DNA from: Atractiella rhizophila
Lineage: Eukaryota
DNA: 64,000 nucleotides
Direction: 5' to 3'
Assembly (NCBI GenBank): GCA_021432655.1
Contig: MU271205.1
Coordinates: forward strand, 1 to 64,000
In this document: in pieces, positions 49,185-63,442 of the stretch
Position numbering within the stretch: position 1 is the first letter of the stretch
How the letters are laid out: each line of letters starts with the position of its first letter
Made by a program: the position numbers and the translations under genes
The notes under the pieces: model-generated
Database searches by the model: none
What the model saw: the letters and a program-made list of their open reading frames with translations, nothing else
Told to the model about the DNA's origin: nothing

Positions 49185-52100
49185 ATGTCCCTTTCCCTCC
49201 CTTCGAACCCGCTTGACATCTACCTCTCCCTCCGCGATCTCGACCTCTCCAAGTTTCTCCCTCCAACCTCTCATGCTGGCGATCCATGGCCCCCGCTGGA
49301 GGAGGATATTGATGATTCTGAGGATGGAAGTAATCTCATCACCACTGGAACCGCAATCTGGGACTTCTCAGGTGAGGCTTTGAACCTCGGAACCACTGTT
49401 GGCGTTGTGGGAGAGGAGGGGAAGAGGGAAGCCAGACCACCCAGTCATGTTTGGGCCGGAGCACTAATGGACCATCCTTATTACGATCCTGCTCAGGCGG
49501 AGAACTTGCCCAGATGGGCCTCCAGGTTGTACTCGTCGAAAGTTACCACCATAGCTTGTGCACGTCTGAAACATGGACAGTTCCGTGTTTTGCTTGGATG
49601 TGAAAATGGGGAAGTATGGGTGTTTGGGGATATACAGTCATCTGTGGAAGGGAATACGCAGAATAAGGCGGAGGGCCGTAATTCGTATGTCGACGAAGCA
49701 AAAGAAAGACTGAGCATCTATTCACCTGCGACGCGGAACGACCGACTTTTCTCCTCCTCTCAAGTCTCCCTTAGCTCCCTCGTCCCAGGGATGTTCCCTG
49801 TTACCTCTAGCGAAGAGGACAACATGTCCACGAAACCTACCTTTTCAACTCTTCTCACATTACCGTCCAATCCTTCCCTCGCCGCAGCGAAGGAACCAAA
49901 GAAAGAGTCTTCCGATCCAAACCCATCTTCCTTGCGGCCAGTCTCTCCGTCTCCTACAAGTAGCACGACTCGGAAGACTGAATTCCATCATTCGCTCTCC
50001 ACCAGCGCACTACAGCTCCCAACTGCTGGTCAGACAGAACGCCCACATTCGCCGTCCATCCGCTCCCTCTCCCCACCACCGAGTGCGCTCCACTCGCACC
50101 ACCCACATGTCCCAGGCTCGGGACATCGACACAAGGCTTCTGTTACACTCGGTCTGACGGAGGTGGATATTCAAGTTGCAGCTAGCTCACGAAGGACGTC
50201 CTCAGACGAATCTCGCTCAGGTAGCGTTGCAGGGTGGATAACGCCTAGGAGGAAAGAAGAAGGAGGCGCGATTGGGAGTTTGTTGCACGCCACACAGTCT
50301 GCTTCTGGAGGAGCAGCGAGCAAAGAGGCAGCCGAAGAGGTGGGAGGAGGACAGACTAGGGAAGAAGATGGTGGAGCAAAGATTCAAAGCATCTTCTTGG
50401 GTGCGAATGCTGGGAAGAGACAGGGGAAGGGTACTCATAGTCATACTGGAAGTGCTTTACATTTGCTTGGAGAGAGCAGGGGCAATAGCCGCCGTGGGAG
50501 CATTCAGTTGGAGCGCGAGGAAGGGGAAGTGGAAAGAATGCGAGTGCGGATGGCAGCTTTGACGAGGAATGAAACCATTCGTTTCGGTACTGGGAAAGAT
50601 CCCGAGGATGAAGACGATGCAGACGACGAGGATGAGGAAGAAGAACGACCCTCTCTCAAGGATGCTCAACTTCTGCCCATCGCCAATGTCACCAGTTCAA
50701 CTTATGGCTCGAACGTCATCAAGATCAAAGTTCTGAAAGACGGGGAACATGCTATTATGCTTTATGAAGATGGAGATCTTGCGATCATCGACGCCCATGA
50801 CGGTCAAGTCCTCAGCACTGCGACACTTCCCTCTGGTCAATCCAGAAAAACCGACTGGAGAGCCCTCAACCTCTTGGAGACAGATTCCGGATGCTTTGCT
50901 TTCGTCAGGGCGGAATTAGCTAACTCAGTGATACCAGTTAATTTGACCAATTTAAGGCGAATGTCGATTGGCAAACCAATCGAAATGAAGCACATCATTG
51001 TCTCCTCCACTATTTTTTCGCACCGCGATCAGATGTTCTACTCATCTCTCACGCCGCAAAATCACATTTTCGTGTCCCCTATCGTTTTCAATGACGACGA
51101 GGTCGAGCTTGCAGAGCCACACGATGCTGGTGATCTTGCTGGAATGTTTTCCTATCGACATCTCGAAAGATTTGGGGAGTCATTCATTGCCAGTGATCAA
51201 CACGGCCTCCTGATTTATCGAATCGAAGATCAAACTGTAGTACCGCTGAAGAGGATTGATGTGAATGGCTTGAAACATGCTGTTCCAATTGGAGATCGTT
51301 GGCTCTACACGGTTGGAAAGGTCTGACTTTAGCTACATGAATGTCCCTGGTTCACCATGACCACAGGATTTTCACGAAATACTTGAGATATCAAATGAAA
51401 CCAACGATGGGACTCCAGATCGCCTCAAGTGCAGGTTACCTGTTCTTACATCGCACGGTTAACTCATCGTATTGTCTAGCGCGACTGCGATTGCTCTTCC
51501 GCATACTCCTCCAACCATTGAAGCCCTTGTTGCAGTGGAAAACAATGCAGTTCTCTCTCTGGACTACAATGATGGTCAACGGTGCATTAACTTGATCCAA
51601 GTCTCGGAGGACGGGAACCTCCACACTCTTTATTCTCCCACCGAAGGAAAGCCACTGGTGTCGGACCCTTGGACAACGCCAACCTGCGCCAAAGTACTTG
51701 CAAATGAGTCGTTGATAGTGGGACATTGTACGCATAGCATTTTGTGCACGGAAGTATACTAACTTGATCTTGCAGCTGATGGTTTACTGTCTTTAATATC
51801 TATGAAAGACTTCGCAAGGGAGGAAAAGTCGAAAAATCTGCAGCTTGACGGTGAGGTATGTTGGATATCTCAGGAAACGATTACCACGAAGACGAAAAAA
51901 GTCAAGACTATCCTGGTAGGGACTACGACTGGTTGTCTTTACTTCATTGGAGCTCGGTTTGTTTCGTCCCTTGGGCTAGAGGAAAACACTAATGGTCTCC
52001 CAGGCACTTTAAACTCATCAGTCGCTTCAACGTCTCTTCCTCTCCAGTCATTTATACCACTGTCGTCCGCTTCAGTCCCGAGAGTGGAGGCATATTGCAC

Positions 52101-54473
52101 AATTCTGTCCTCGCAGTTGGCGCAGTTGGATCGGTCTCGTGCATAACTTGGGAACAGCAACCTGAATTGCTATGTTCTATTCCATCTCCGCGCTCTCCTT
52201 TGGTGAAGATGGCTATTCGGGAGCATGATCTCATCTTATTTTACGAGTCAGGTTTGACAAGATCTTGGGATGTGGCAAGCCGGGAATTTCGAAGATCCAC
52301 GGACTTCGAGTCTGCCGAAGGTTTCATTCAACGTGAGGGTGGGACTTGGCTAAGAGTGTGAGTGCGTTTGGCGGCCTCGCCAAACACCTATGCTTACTGC
52401 TTTGTCGGCTTTGTAGTAACATCGGGGATTCCATCCCAGCTCGATTGCCCTCCACCGCTCTAACGCACCTCGATATGCGCCGAATCGTTTTAGCAGCCTC
52501 AGATTCCTTTAAGCATAAAGATGGAAGTCTGAAGCCGGTTCAACGCCCGATTCCAGGCGAAGAGAAGGAAGATGGACCAGCTGATGGGGACATGAAGGAT
52601 GAGGAGTTTATTGACAAGACGGGGAGGGATTCGCAATCTCCAGCCATGAATTTTATCCGCTTCCTTTTCGGATCGTTGGTGCTATTTGGTTTGGACGAAG
52701 AGATTGACGAGTTATACGAAAATATGGGAGTACGGAAGTGGACGTCGGTTGACGGGCTTCCTCGCCTGGGGATCGCAACAGAGTACGCAGGTGTCCGCCT
52801 CGAGTGCTCTACTTAGGTCGCCGCAGGGATAGATCCCGCATAACTATTGCAGCCGCAAAGGATCCAGCAGCAGTCTTTTGTATTTCGCCAACAATAACCG
52901 CCCATCGATTACTGTGCATTGTCTGCTTACTCCAAGCCTTCCTCAACTATCCAGGTAGTGTTGATAGTAATGCTTGATTCACAGCTTATTGCAGTTAGAC
53001 ACGGAACAACCCGCCAGTGGCGTAACGCTTTTTTATGCGTCTCTGCTGCCTGACATTGTGGGAGACCGATTTTGTGCGCCGTCATTGGAAGTTCTTAGCC
53101 GGTACTTTATCGATGCATCTGGTAAGTTTTCTCTGTGTACTGAATACGAATGACTAGTGCTCTAGCCGAGATCCAAGCAGCAGCCCGACTCTTGTTTGGG
53201 TCTTATCTTAGCCGACTGGAGGATGCAGAGGTCTATGCAGTCATCAATGTTATACAGAAACGAGGTGGGTACCCATTTGTATCCGGAATCATTTCAATAT
53301 TGTAATATTTGTGCCAGTCCCAATCGCCAAGGAAGATGGTACCCTTCCGGCAGCTGCCAGTGAAAATCAAGATCATGCCGTTTTATTATTAGGACTCGTT
53401 GCTTGCGAAAAGTACACCATGATGGATTTCAGGCAAGTCACTAGCAATGTTTCCACTGTAGCTAACTGTAACTTACAGCCTACTCAAAGACATCTCCACC
53501 TGCGTCTCCAACTACCTCCTGGATTCAGCAACGACTTCCCAACAAGCGATTGGTGTTGAACTCTGTTCGCGGGGATTCTCAATTTGGCAGAATTACGTGG
53601 ACGCCATGCAGCTCGTTCGCTCTCTCGTCAGCCTCACAACTGGACTGAACCCATCGACATCCCCAGACGTCCGCATATTAGCGCGGCACGCTATTTTCCA
53701 AGTAGCAGGCGTCAACACGCCACTGTTCATTACCACAATGTCTTTTGATCTTGCCAATGCGACAGACGCTGCCCAACGGAATGGAACCATGAAGTTGTTG
53801 GGATTCATGATACGGAAGAAACCATTATTGCTGCATCCCAATCTACCGCGTCTCGCGGAGGCGGTCGTCAAATCTCTCGATCCAGCGGGGACGAATCGAC
53901 AGGTTTCCCATCAGGCTGCAACGTTCATATTACATGAATTGGTATCCACCTATCCCACAATCGCCTTCCATGGGACGACACAAAGACTGGCAGTTGGAAC
54001 ACACGAAGGGGCGGCAATCATGTACGACCTGAAGACCGCTACGCGTCTGTATGTCTTGGAAGGTCATCGTCGACAATTACACGCACTGAGTTTCTCTCCC
54101 GATGGAAGGAGACTGGTCACCACCAGCGTGGAGGAAGGAAAAGCAATGGTATGGAAAGTGGGGACGGGATTGCTAGGTAGCTTTTTTGCGAGTGGTGCGC
54201 CTCCCAGACAGGCTAGCGGGATTGGTATTGGCATTGGAGCCGGGAGTGGCAGCGTGAGCCCATTCAAGACGCTGGATTATAATGTCGGTGAAGCAGGTAA
54301 GCATATCATTTTCTTGTTTGCGCAATCGTGCCTGCGGAGAGTTGTGCTGACTTTGTACGCCTGCAGGTACCTTGTCAGCCATGTCGCTATTGGAGGAAGT
54401 GGATATTGAATGGCCGTCTGACCGGACGGCCAGGTTGAAAATTCGAGAAACTGCTTTGACATTTAGCTGCTGA
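49185..54473 (+). CDS. WDR7/Rabconnectin-3beta-like WD40 protein, multi-exon
   Basis: C-terminal LPRLAEAVVKSLDP and YPTIAFHGTTQRLAVGTHEGAAIMYDLKT...LSFSPDGRRL, plus WD-like N-terminal regions. Confidence 0.8.
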
Positions 54474-54784
54474 TCCCATCTCAGCGGAATTGGTTTAATT
54501 ATCATGTTGCTGAATTCTGCCATTTTTGATCATAAACTTTTCTTATTCATTGCAGAGCCAGTACAGCCTTGCAGAGCGGTAAAAATCTTAAGTACCAGAG
54601 CCTCATACAATACTACTAATACGACGTATAATTCAAAAGTTCAGCCAAACCAACGCGAAACAAAACACGATAGCAGAAAGTCATAGGGTTTGCGAATGAA
54701 CTGGTAGGAAGGTGATAGCTAACACAAGATAGACATAAAAGAGCTTGTCAGGACGTTCAAGCGAGGAACACGCTCCAAGTACAA

Positions 54785-55794
54785 CTACGCCTCTGCATCT
54801 CCAGTCGGGCTGCCAGCTTCTGGTTCGCCAGCGCCAGGGGGTGCGTTAGGATCCTTCCCTTTCTTCGGTATGGTCGCAGGATTGGTTCCCTTCATTAAGT
54901 TCTTATGGATGTGTGGCAAAACACCACCACCAGCGATCGTTGCTCGAATCAGTGAATCTATCAAACATCACAATCCGATTGAGTTGAAGATATAGGAGAG
55001 AAATGTCGACGCACCGAGTTCCTCATCACCTCTTATCGCAAGCTGGATATGCCTTGGAGTTATCCGCTTCACCTTCAGATCCTTCGACGCGTTTCCTACC
55101 CATCCAGGCAATTACCCCTCAGTCCTTCGCTTCGGATGGTATGGAAGACAGAGGGTATACAACTCACCAGCTAACTCCAACACTTCCGCGGTGAGATACT
55201 CTAAGATCGCAGAACAGTAAACGGCCGCTTTCGCGCCGACCCTCATGTTGTATTGGGTCTTTTGCTTCAGGTACCGGTGGATACGTCCAACTGGGAACTA
55301 GAGATAGAGGTCAGCTTGTGTTGTTCATAGACAGAACTGTTGATATATCCTGGTGAGAAACAGAGGAAATGCTCTGCGCGTTGGTTGGAGTGAGGCAGAC
55401 CATCCGACGAACCATCACCCCTATGAGACGCGACTGTAAAACATCGCTTCTGCTCGTTCTATCCACTGTACACAATTACCACGGCCCTAAACAGTCAAAT
55501 AAAGAGACCGATTTGCTCTCAAATCCCATTTGTCACAACGATACACGAGCTTCGGGTCTCGATAGCATAACAAAGGCGCGTTCGTGTTTCGTCTCCTCCG
55601 CTCGTAAATTCCACCTCTACGAGGTCCTTGACATACAGGGAGAATTACCGCACCCACTTCTGCCCACCAAAAATGGTTGAAATGGAAAAAAACAAGGAGC
55701 ATACCTGCAATCCCGCTTTCTGGCTCCTCGTCTGCTGAATCCGGTGCTCATGCGTACCCTTCGTCTTTCCACCCGATTTACCGCCAGTTGACAT
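54785..55794 (-). CDS. HTZ1: Histone variant H2A.Z, four exons
   Basis: [74 protein letters not shown]. Confidence 0.97.
55298..55704 (-). other. Oversized (407 nt) first intron of H2A.Z with nested stems
   Basis: GTATGC...GCTGAC...TAG between the AGLQ and FPVG codons. Confidence 0.85.
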
Positions 55795-58260
55795 TTTGAT
55801 CGATATTTGGCCTTTGCGAGCTAGAAAAGTGTGGGATTTGGGTTAAAGAGGGAGAAGTCGATGGTCGAATTTCTTCGGAGTTGAATAACAAAGTCACGTG
55901 TTACAGTAAAGTTCTTATAGATAGCAGACTAGCCAGCGACTAAGTCACGTTGCGGTATTTATTTCGACTCCCAATTTGTAAAGTTAGATCCTCTCTAGAG
56001 CATAGAATTTTGGGTGCAATCTGTGCTTGAGTGAGTCGAAGTGTTGTTGATCCCGCTTCCCGCAGAATTCTACCCAGTTCACAGGCTCAGGGTCAAATCA
56101 GAGCCTCTTTCAAACGTCTCCTTCAGAACAACACCAACCCAAGCATCGTGGGCCACCTTCTCTCCGCAGGAGAAGTTTCCACCTCCTTCTTTACCCTAGT
56201 CGACTCTCACGAGTATATGTTTAAAACTTTTCATCGGGGTACTCTTCATCTCTGTTGTCCTGTGGTGCCTGCGCATCGTAATGGCACCATGCCCAGTGCG
56301 CCCTACTCTCGTGCAAATAGAACGAACCCCGATGAGCGAAAATGTTTGAGAACAGGGGTACGATCCTGTGATTGCTCCAGAGTCATGCGATAAGTAGAAG
56401 CAATCAGAGCTCGCCACCAACTCACTTTGTTCAACAGAGGAACTCTTCCCCCTTTATCTTCGTCTAACAGATCCTATTTACAGTCGATTCCTTCCTCACG
56501 GCGCGTGCATAGACATAAAACGAAGGTGGAAATGATGCTCCGCGAGCCTTTCCTATGCACACTTGATTTCATCTAACAACTATTCATTTGTGCCAAGGAA
56601 TCACTCATGATTCAACATACGACCCAACCTTCTCCGCCGCCTCTATACCCTACGGACAGCATCTCACCATCCCAAAGCACTATTTCCAGAGAAAATTGGA
56701 ACTACAAGCCAGAAAGTGGCGTGAATGCAAGCTGTCTGGTCCTACCAACTGGAGTTACCGCGAGAAAGCTGGACTTTCGGGGGGCACCTTCGTGGGCATC
56801 GTCGAAGTTTGCAATTAGAACTGCCATGAGCACCAAATGTCGCAGTGCCGGTGATAAAGGAGTCATCCACTCGCTTTGAGAAAGGAAGCAATGGTTGACC
56901 ACTCAGCCTGTGCTTCAACACCCAACACCCGAATAATGAGGAAAGGCGCTTCGTATTTCATGCCCCTATCATCGGACGAGTTGGATGTTTCAGGTCTGTC
57001 TGTTCTTCCATAAATCTCAGACTAAGATAAATAGCCCTACTATCCAGCCTGATCTGACCCTTTCCATCCGCAAGGTCACTACAGAACAGCAATCATAATT
57101 TGCATATTGGGTGAACAGTCGTTACCCTGGCAGACAAATGTTTCAGCATTAATATGTTGAACCTCAGACTTCTGTGCATAACCTCTCCGTCCCAAGACGG
57201 GTCACGATTACGCTACCTACTCCTCTGAAGAGGAGTGGAAGGAATCAAAACCGACATTGGCTTCAAACGACACAGACGAGAGGACTCCTCTACATCAAGA
57301 TCTTCACTCTCCTCCTCGTCATCCCTCTCCCCATTCTCCTCTCCTGCCTACTCACGACCGTCGTTGGTATCTTCAGAAGGGTCCTTCATGTATGGGAGAG
57401 ACATCCAAAGATTGATTTGAGATGTGGCATATTACGCCCTACTAGTGTCATCCTAGTTTTTGTTTTGCGCAAGGCTTTCTCTTCATGAAAGAGATCCCTG
57501 TTATCTTATCTTATTTTTTCTGTTTTCTTCATCAAGGTCTGTGTTCGCCTTACGCTTGTTCTCAAGCCCGCAGCATTGTATCAGGTTCTAGGTTGTTCTT
57601 GGTTCCCTGTCTTATGCATTCATAGATCCGTCTCCTCAATGTTACCTTAATATTTCCTGACTTCTTGGTCAATGCTTGTTAATGTAGATAGAATGTCTCA
57701 CATTGTCTTCATCTTTGGTCGTCTGCTCATTATTGTAAGGCGTCCACTACTCTCCTTAGTGTTGAGTGTTGTCTTTTACTTCAGTACGACTTCATAAATC
57801 TGAGTGCACCATTGCCCACTGTATAGCAGTTAAATAAGCAACCGTACTTGATTCCAATGTTGTTATGTTAAATAATATCGGTATCCATCACCAACCCTCC
57901 AATCAGCACCGAAAAACAAGTAAAAAAAAACAGGAGCACAGGTGACTGTGCCATCAAGTCAAGAAAGTAAAGAGACGGGGTATGATTGTAAGTGAAAGCA
58001 CAACAGTTTGACCAAAGGAGAGAAATCAACATATTCGCTTATCGACTAATCAATCACCTCGTAGGAAAGATCGAGAAGAAAGGCATAGGTTTTCGCTCGG
58101 CCAGGCTTTCACCTGGACCGATCACAATCACAAGAGAGAGAATAGACGGGACGCATAGGTGTTCAGACTTGAGGTATTCTCGAATAAATAAGAATCCAAC
58201 GCACGCTTCCAAGAACCTTCGACGAGTGTAACGAGAGGGCGGACGAATAGACCGGAAGGC

Positions 58261-59669
58261 TCAATAATCCCCAAACGGGTTCCTACCATTCTCATAGTAG
58301 CCCGTCTCATTTTCTTCCTTGGCCTCCTCGACCTCCTCCAACTCCTTTCCTCCCCTCTTATCCTTCGGGCTTCCAGCGGCATAGCCCACCTTCTCCGCAG
58401 TACCCTTCTCCAGATCGTTCTCCACGAACGAGTCCCTCATACCTTCAAACTCCCCATGGGCGGCCGTATCCTCGACCAACGTATCCCTCGGGCCGCTCAT
58501 CATCCTCGCCGGCTTCGACCTGCTCGCGATCGAAGCAGTAGGCGTACCACTGGCCACGGTGGGAGGCGGGGGGAAAGCCGACCTCGATCCTTGTCTCGAC
58601 GCACGCCTCGCATGTCTAGGAGCGGGAAGGCCAGTCAAAGCAGGTTCGGGGCCGACGGAGGCCTTTCTCCTCGGAGCGTTGGCCATCTGTCTGGACGTGT
58701 CTTTGTTGGAGTACGGGTTGAGCATCCGTCTGAAGTTGCTCGCCCAGCCACCGCGAGCGCGTTCCTCGCCGGGTTGGGGGGACGGGGACTCGTCGAGCGG
58801 ACGAGGGTCGAATGGGTTCTCAGGCGAGCCGACGAAGGACGGTTGCTTCTCGTCGTATTGAGCGACGGAGGCGCGAGCGATGCGTTGGGCGCGGTAGGCG
58901 CGGCCGCACATGTCGTAGGACGGTTCGGAGAGCACGTCCTGGTCGAGGTAAAGGAAGGTGTAGACGGCGAGCGCGGTGATGGTGGACATCTGCAGGGCGC
59001 TGAAGCCGAAGGCGACCCAGGCGACGGGGATCGTGACGTTGATGTATCGGCAGACGTCTCCGAAGGATGAAGGACGTGGCCAGTGGTAGTATCCGTCCTG
59101 CACTGCCGCATGAGAGGCGGAACATTGGACGGAGAGGCGAAAAGAATACGGACCCAAATACAGTTCTCGTATCCTCCCAAATCCACGGCCATGGCCAACG
59201 CACACCCGCACCAGATGACAGCGAAAGCGAAGAGGAGGAAGAGCTCACTCCTCACTTGTCCGAAGAAGGCATCAGCGACGCTTCCCCTCCTGACTATCCT
59301 CGGAATTACGAGATACTGAGCAGCGAAGACGACAGGGGTGAGGAATCCGACGACGATGAGGGCGATGCATGAGCCCCAAGAGGGTGCTATGGAAGGAGTG
59401 TGTGAGTTGTACCAGACCACGACCTGCAGCGCGAGGATGGCCGTTGCGATGGCGGCGAGCGAGGTGAGGAGGAAGAGAAACAGGCGCAGAAGGCGCACGA
59501 GCGAGGGAGAGGGGACGTAGTGCCTGGAGTAGTCCTCCTGGACCTTTGTGAGCCTCGCTTCCTGGGTTGTGATGGATCTTCGATCGTCCGCGATGCTTCT
59601 CTGCTGGTGAGAAGATCGCGACGAATGGAAGCTCTGCTGGCTCGACGTTCGTGACGCTGAACGATGCAT
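58261..59669 (-). CDS. MARVEL-like four-TM membrane protein, two exons
   Basis: Four hydrophobic segments, ELFLLFAFAVIW, C...VAWVAFGFS, and a disordered C-terminal tail. Confidence 0.7.
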
Positions 59670-60352
59670 GATGCTGCGTGTCCTGCCTAGTGAACCTGCG
59701 AATCCAGATGCCTGCTGAAGAGCGTCGGTGGATCTGGGGAAAAAAGAGCGTGGTGGTTCGTTTTCTACCCCACAATGCCGCTTGCCGCTTTACCGTTTTC
59801 AGCTTGATCACGTATTCAGCCCTGACCCTACTCCAGATCTTGGCTTTTTCCATTTTCGTCAATGGAAGCAGAAACGCAACAACGCAACGACGAATTTGTC
59901 TTTCCTTGTACAGTTACGTCTTATCCCCTTAGACCATTATAATATTATCGAGAGGGCACCATCCGAAGCGATATAAGACTCTACTGTAGAGGGTTCGGTC
60001 ATTTCAAGTTGTGAGCTTTTGAAGATCAGTGTTTGTGCGAGTGGACATGCTGGGCAACCTTTTCTTCACCCTTTCCTCCTCTCCTGGTCCACTTCAATCG
60101 ACCTATCTGTCAGCCAGTCCTCAAAACAACTCCGCCGTAAAGGGCAGTCTGAGCGACAGCGATTGCAATCGCCCTGACGCCAACCAGGACCAACCGCTGC
60201 AAACTTTCTTCCTCCAAAGCGTATTAAACCTCGCTTTCAACTTTCTCTCTCGCTTCTTTCCCCTCCCGTTCTCCAAACTTTGGAACACCTCCTTCCTTCC
60301 CCCTTTCGCTATCCCTTCTTTCAACAATATTCAGTTCCTGGAACACAACGAC

Positions 60353-61759
60353 ATGGACCCGCTTTCTGTCTCCTTGATCGCGTCTGCAATCGTCGGAGCG
60401 GCGGCGTTTCAATTGGGCAGAAAGGTACGTTGACGTCTGCCGTCATGTGAGGGATGCAGGCTGACAATGGTCCAGGAGAGGGATATCTCCCAAACAATCA
60501 AACAATTGCGATACACCTCATTCGTCCGTCTATCTCGCATCCTCCCTTCCCGACATTGACCTGACTTTATGACCAGTCCCAGACCATTTCTAACCTCCTC
60601 AATCTCCCCATCACCGTCTCCTCTCCTCCCAAACAACCATCCATCCGACTTGTGCGTCACTCTCACATCGTGTTATTTAAAGCAACTGACTGAATGTGTT
60701 GCAAAGGTCGACCTTTCTCAGCGAAATGACGAGAAGACAGTTCTCTATCGCGAGGCGAATCCCGTTTTCAAAAGCAAGAGGACGGAAGTTTTTTACAGAG
60801 CAGGAGGCTCAAAAGACGTTGCTCTCGCCGCGCTCAGCGTTGTCTTCAGCTGGCTCTCCTCGCTCCCTCCACCATCGTCTCAGTCGTCAAAAGAAACAGA
60901 AACAGAAACTGTGGTTGAGCCTCCGCCGCATCTCACCAGATCTCCTGAGAGGCTGCCCCATCCGTTGAGGGAGGAAGTGATGATGGGAAGCGAAGTGGTG
61001 GAAGAGAGGGAAAAGGAGAAGAAGAAGGAAGAGATGGATCCCCTCTCGGCTCATCGAACCAAAGTCCTCCAACGTCGCCCTCCAAACCGTCGACGGTCCT
61101 CGGCCATCCTCCCTCCCCTTCCTGTTTCGCAAACTGTCACTCCTCTCGTCCCAAGGACGCTGACTCCTCCCTCACCACTTCGCCTTCGACCATCCACAGC
61201 GATGGACGAGAGAGAAGGAGATGAGGAGGACGTAGAGAAGGTCGATGGAGCAGCGAGGAGGAAGAGGAAGTCTCTATACCTGTCCAACGTGGACACACTC
61301 ACCTCCTTCGCCCTTCCACGCTCCCCATCGTCTCCCCTCTCCCCACCGAAACGGAGCGTCTCCGATCCTCTCCCCTCGTCCTCCCGACAACTGCTCCTGC
61401 AGCAACAACAACAACAACAACAAAGAATGCCGATCCACACACGCGTCCGTTATTCCTCCACGACCTTCTTCTCGGCCGCCCGTCCACCGTCCGCCCAACC
61501 ATTCTCTTCCCGAAAAGTGAAATCGGACGTGGCCACGCCTTCTCCGCTCTTCGTGCTCGCCACGGCGAGCGGGAGGTTCGATAGGTGCGAGAGGATGGAG
61601 CTGGATGCGAAGTATGTGGCGAGGAAGGAGAGGGATGAGGAGGTGATGGGGGAGAGGGTGGAGGAGGTGAGGAGGGCGAAGGAGAGGACGGTGTGGGCGA
61701 GGGAGGAGTGGAGGAGGGCGGGCGGACGCGCGAGGGGCGTGGGGTTGTGGAGTTGTTGA
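60353..61759 (+). CDS. Hypothetical Pro/Ser-rich protein with N-terminal hydrophobic segment
   Basis: MDPLSVSLIASAIVGAAAFQLGRK exon with GTACGT donor, leading into the 396-aa ORF; short polyQ. Confidence 0.6.
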
Positions 61760-62762
61760 GTTGATCAAACAGCCCCGCCTTTTTCACCTTTGAGATTGGA
61801 GATGGAGTGGAGGATAGATGACGTTCCTTTTTTTTTCTTGTTTGATGGATTGAGGCTTGGGTTGTGGATCTGATGCGACTTGTTGTTGCTTGAATAACGC
61901 TCGTCTTTCCTTTTTTCCTTCTTCCCTTGTTCAACTTCCTCTCCACTTTCTCTTTTTTCACTTCGTTGTGAATGTGTGAATACCTGCGAATAATAGCTGT
62001 ACGATCTTTCGTCGTCTTTGGTTTCAACTTCAACAACAACCTGTGAGAATACAAGTGCCTCATCGTTCATTTCTTTGCGTCTCTCCCCAAGTATATCAGA
62101 CGAACATTGCTGTAATCAACTTCCATCTTTCAGTCAGTCCGGTCTCGTTCCTAGTCGCATGTTGAAGCTCTGACCTTTGTTACAAGAAATAAAGGTCTGC
62201 CAGTGGGTGGACATCATTACATCTTCCAGTCTCACTCTTGCTCGCACGCTGAAGCTTTGATATTTAAGCTCATTGCGGACTTCGAGGTCTGCCAGTGAAA
62301 GGACACGGTCATCATATGCTTGAGGCGCTGGACTGTGCAACTGGCTTTGAGGATATGTAAAGGTTTCAAGCTCAAGCCCAAGTTTGGAATTGAACCTCAC
62401 TCCTTCGACTGGAGGAAGACTTTTTCTTGGTTCAACCGAATAATGGGAAAGGGTACAACCCAAGGTGAACATCTGGCACCTGCTCTGATCTCATTACATA
62501 TCATCTACTTTGAGCCAAGAAGGGTATCAACTGCACCTGAAAACATCGATTTCACCTGACAATCATGCTACATGAAAAGGGCAAAGAATACCCAGGAGAG
62601 ATTCAAAGATTGGGCAAGTTGCAATACAAGGCGTTTTGGTCCCAAGTTAAAACCAACAAAGCAAAAGCAGGAAAAACAATGGGGCCGCAAAAGGGAAAAA
62701 AAAAACAAAAAAACACAGTACACAAAAAAATACCACAAAAAAACGGAAAAGCCCAAAAAACT

Positions 62763-63268
62763 TCACGGATTGGGATCAAACATATCGGGAAACTGCTGTT
62801 GAAGTTTTATCATCGTCTTCTGCATGTCGTAACCTGCCCAGAGCAATTTGATCAACTCAAGAGGGAGACGGAAGGGAGTTGATGCACTCATCCACTCTCC
62901 CAAATTCATAAGCGTCAACTCGTTCAACACATAATCTTCTTTTATCCTACCCGTCACTTCCACATAAGTAGCAGTGATGGTCTCAGGATCCGTGACCTGA
63001 CATTAAAAGGCGTCAACATCTCAACATCTCAAGACAAGACACCATAAAAGCAAGTGCCAACACGACGTCCCCCCCGTGAGAAGAAAAGGAGATAACGTAC
63101 TACAAGGTTGACAACTATCTGACCCAAATCCACAGATTCAAGAGTGAGCGTCCGATCTTCAATCTTCAGCACTTTCCCAACCGCGCGAACGAGCCGATTC
63201 ATGGGGAGAGAGTGCAGCAGTTTAGAGTCTACGCGGGTGCACGTTGACGCGTCGAATTCGCGTGACAT
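62763..63268 (-). CDS. RFA3: Replication protein A small subunit (RPA14/Ssb3)
   Basis: TRVDSKLL..VRAVGKV..LTLESVDLGQIVV|..YVEVTGRI, ~110 aa OB-fold pattern. Confidence 0.8.
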
Positions 63269-63442
63269 GTTGGAGATTCAGCAAAGGCACCAGGAGAGTG
63301 ATTTTGTCTGGTTATCGAGTTGGAAAAGTCGAAGTGGTCGTTTTTTGGTGGCGCGTTCTGACCGCGACCGTGACTCAGAAGTACCACAACAACCATCAAC
63401 TCCTTTCGAAGGTCGAGAAGAGGATGCTTAGAGCCACGCACG

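Noticed and set aside
62565..62882. Lys-rich ORFs
   Set aside because: They arise from an A-rich tract that is the T-rich 3' region of RFA3 on the other strand.
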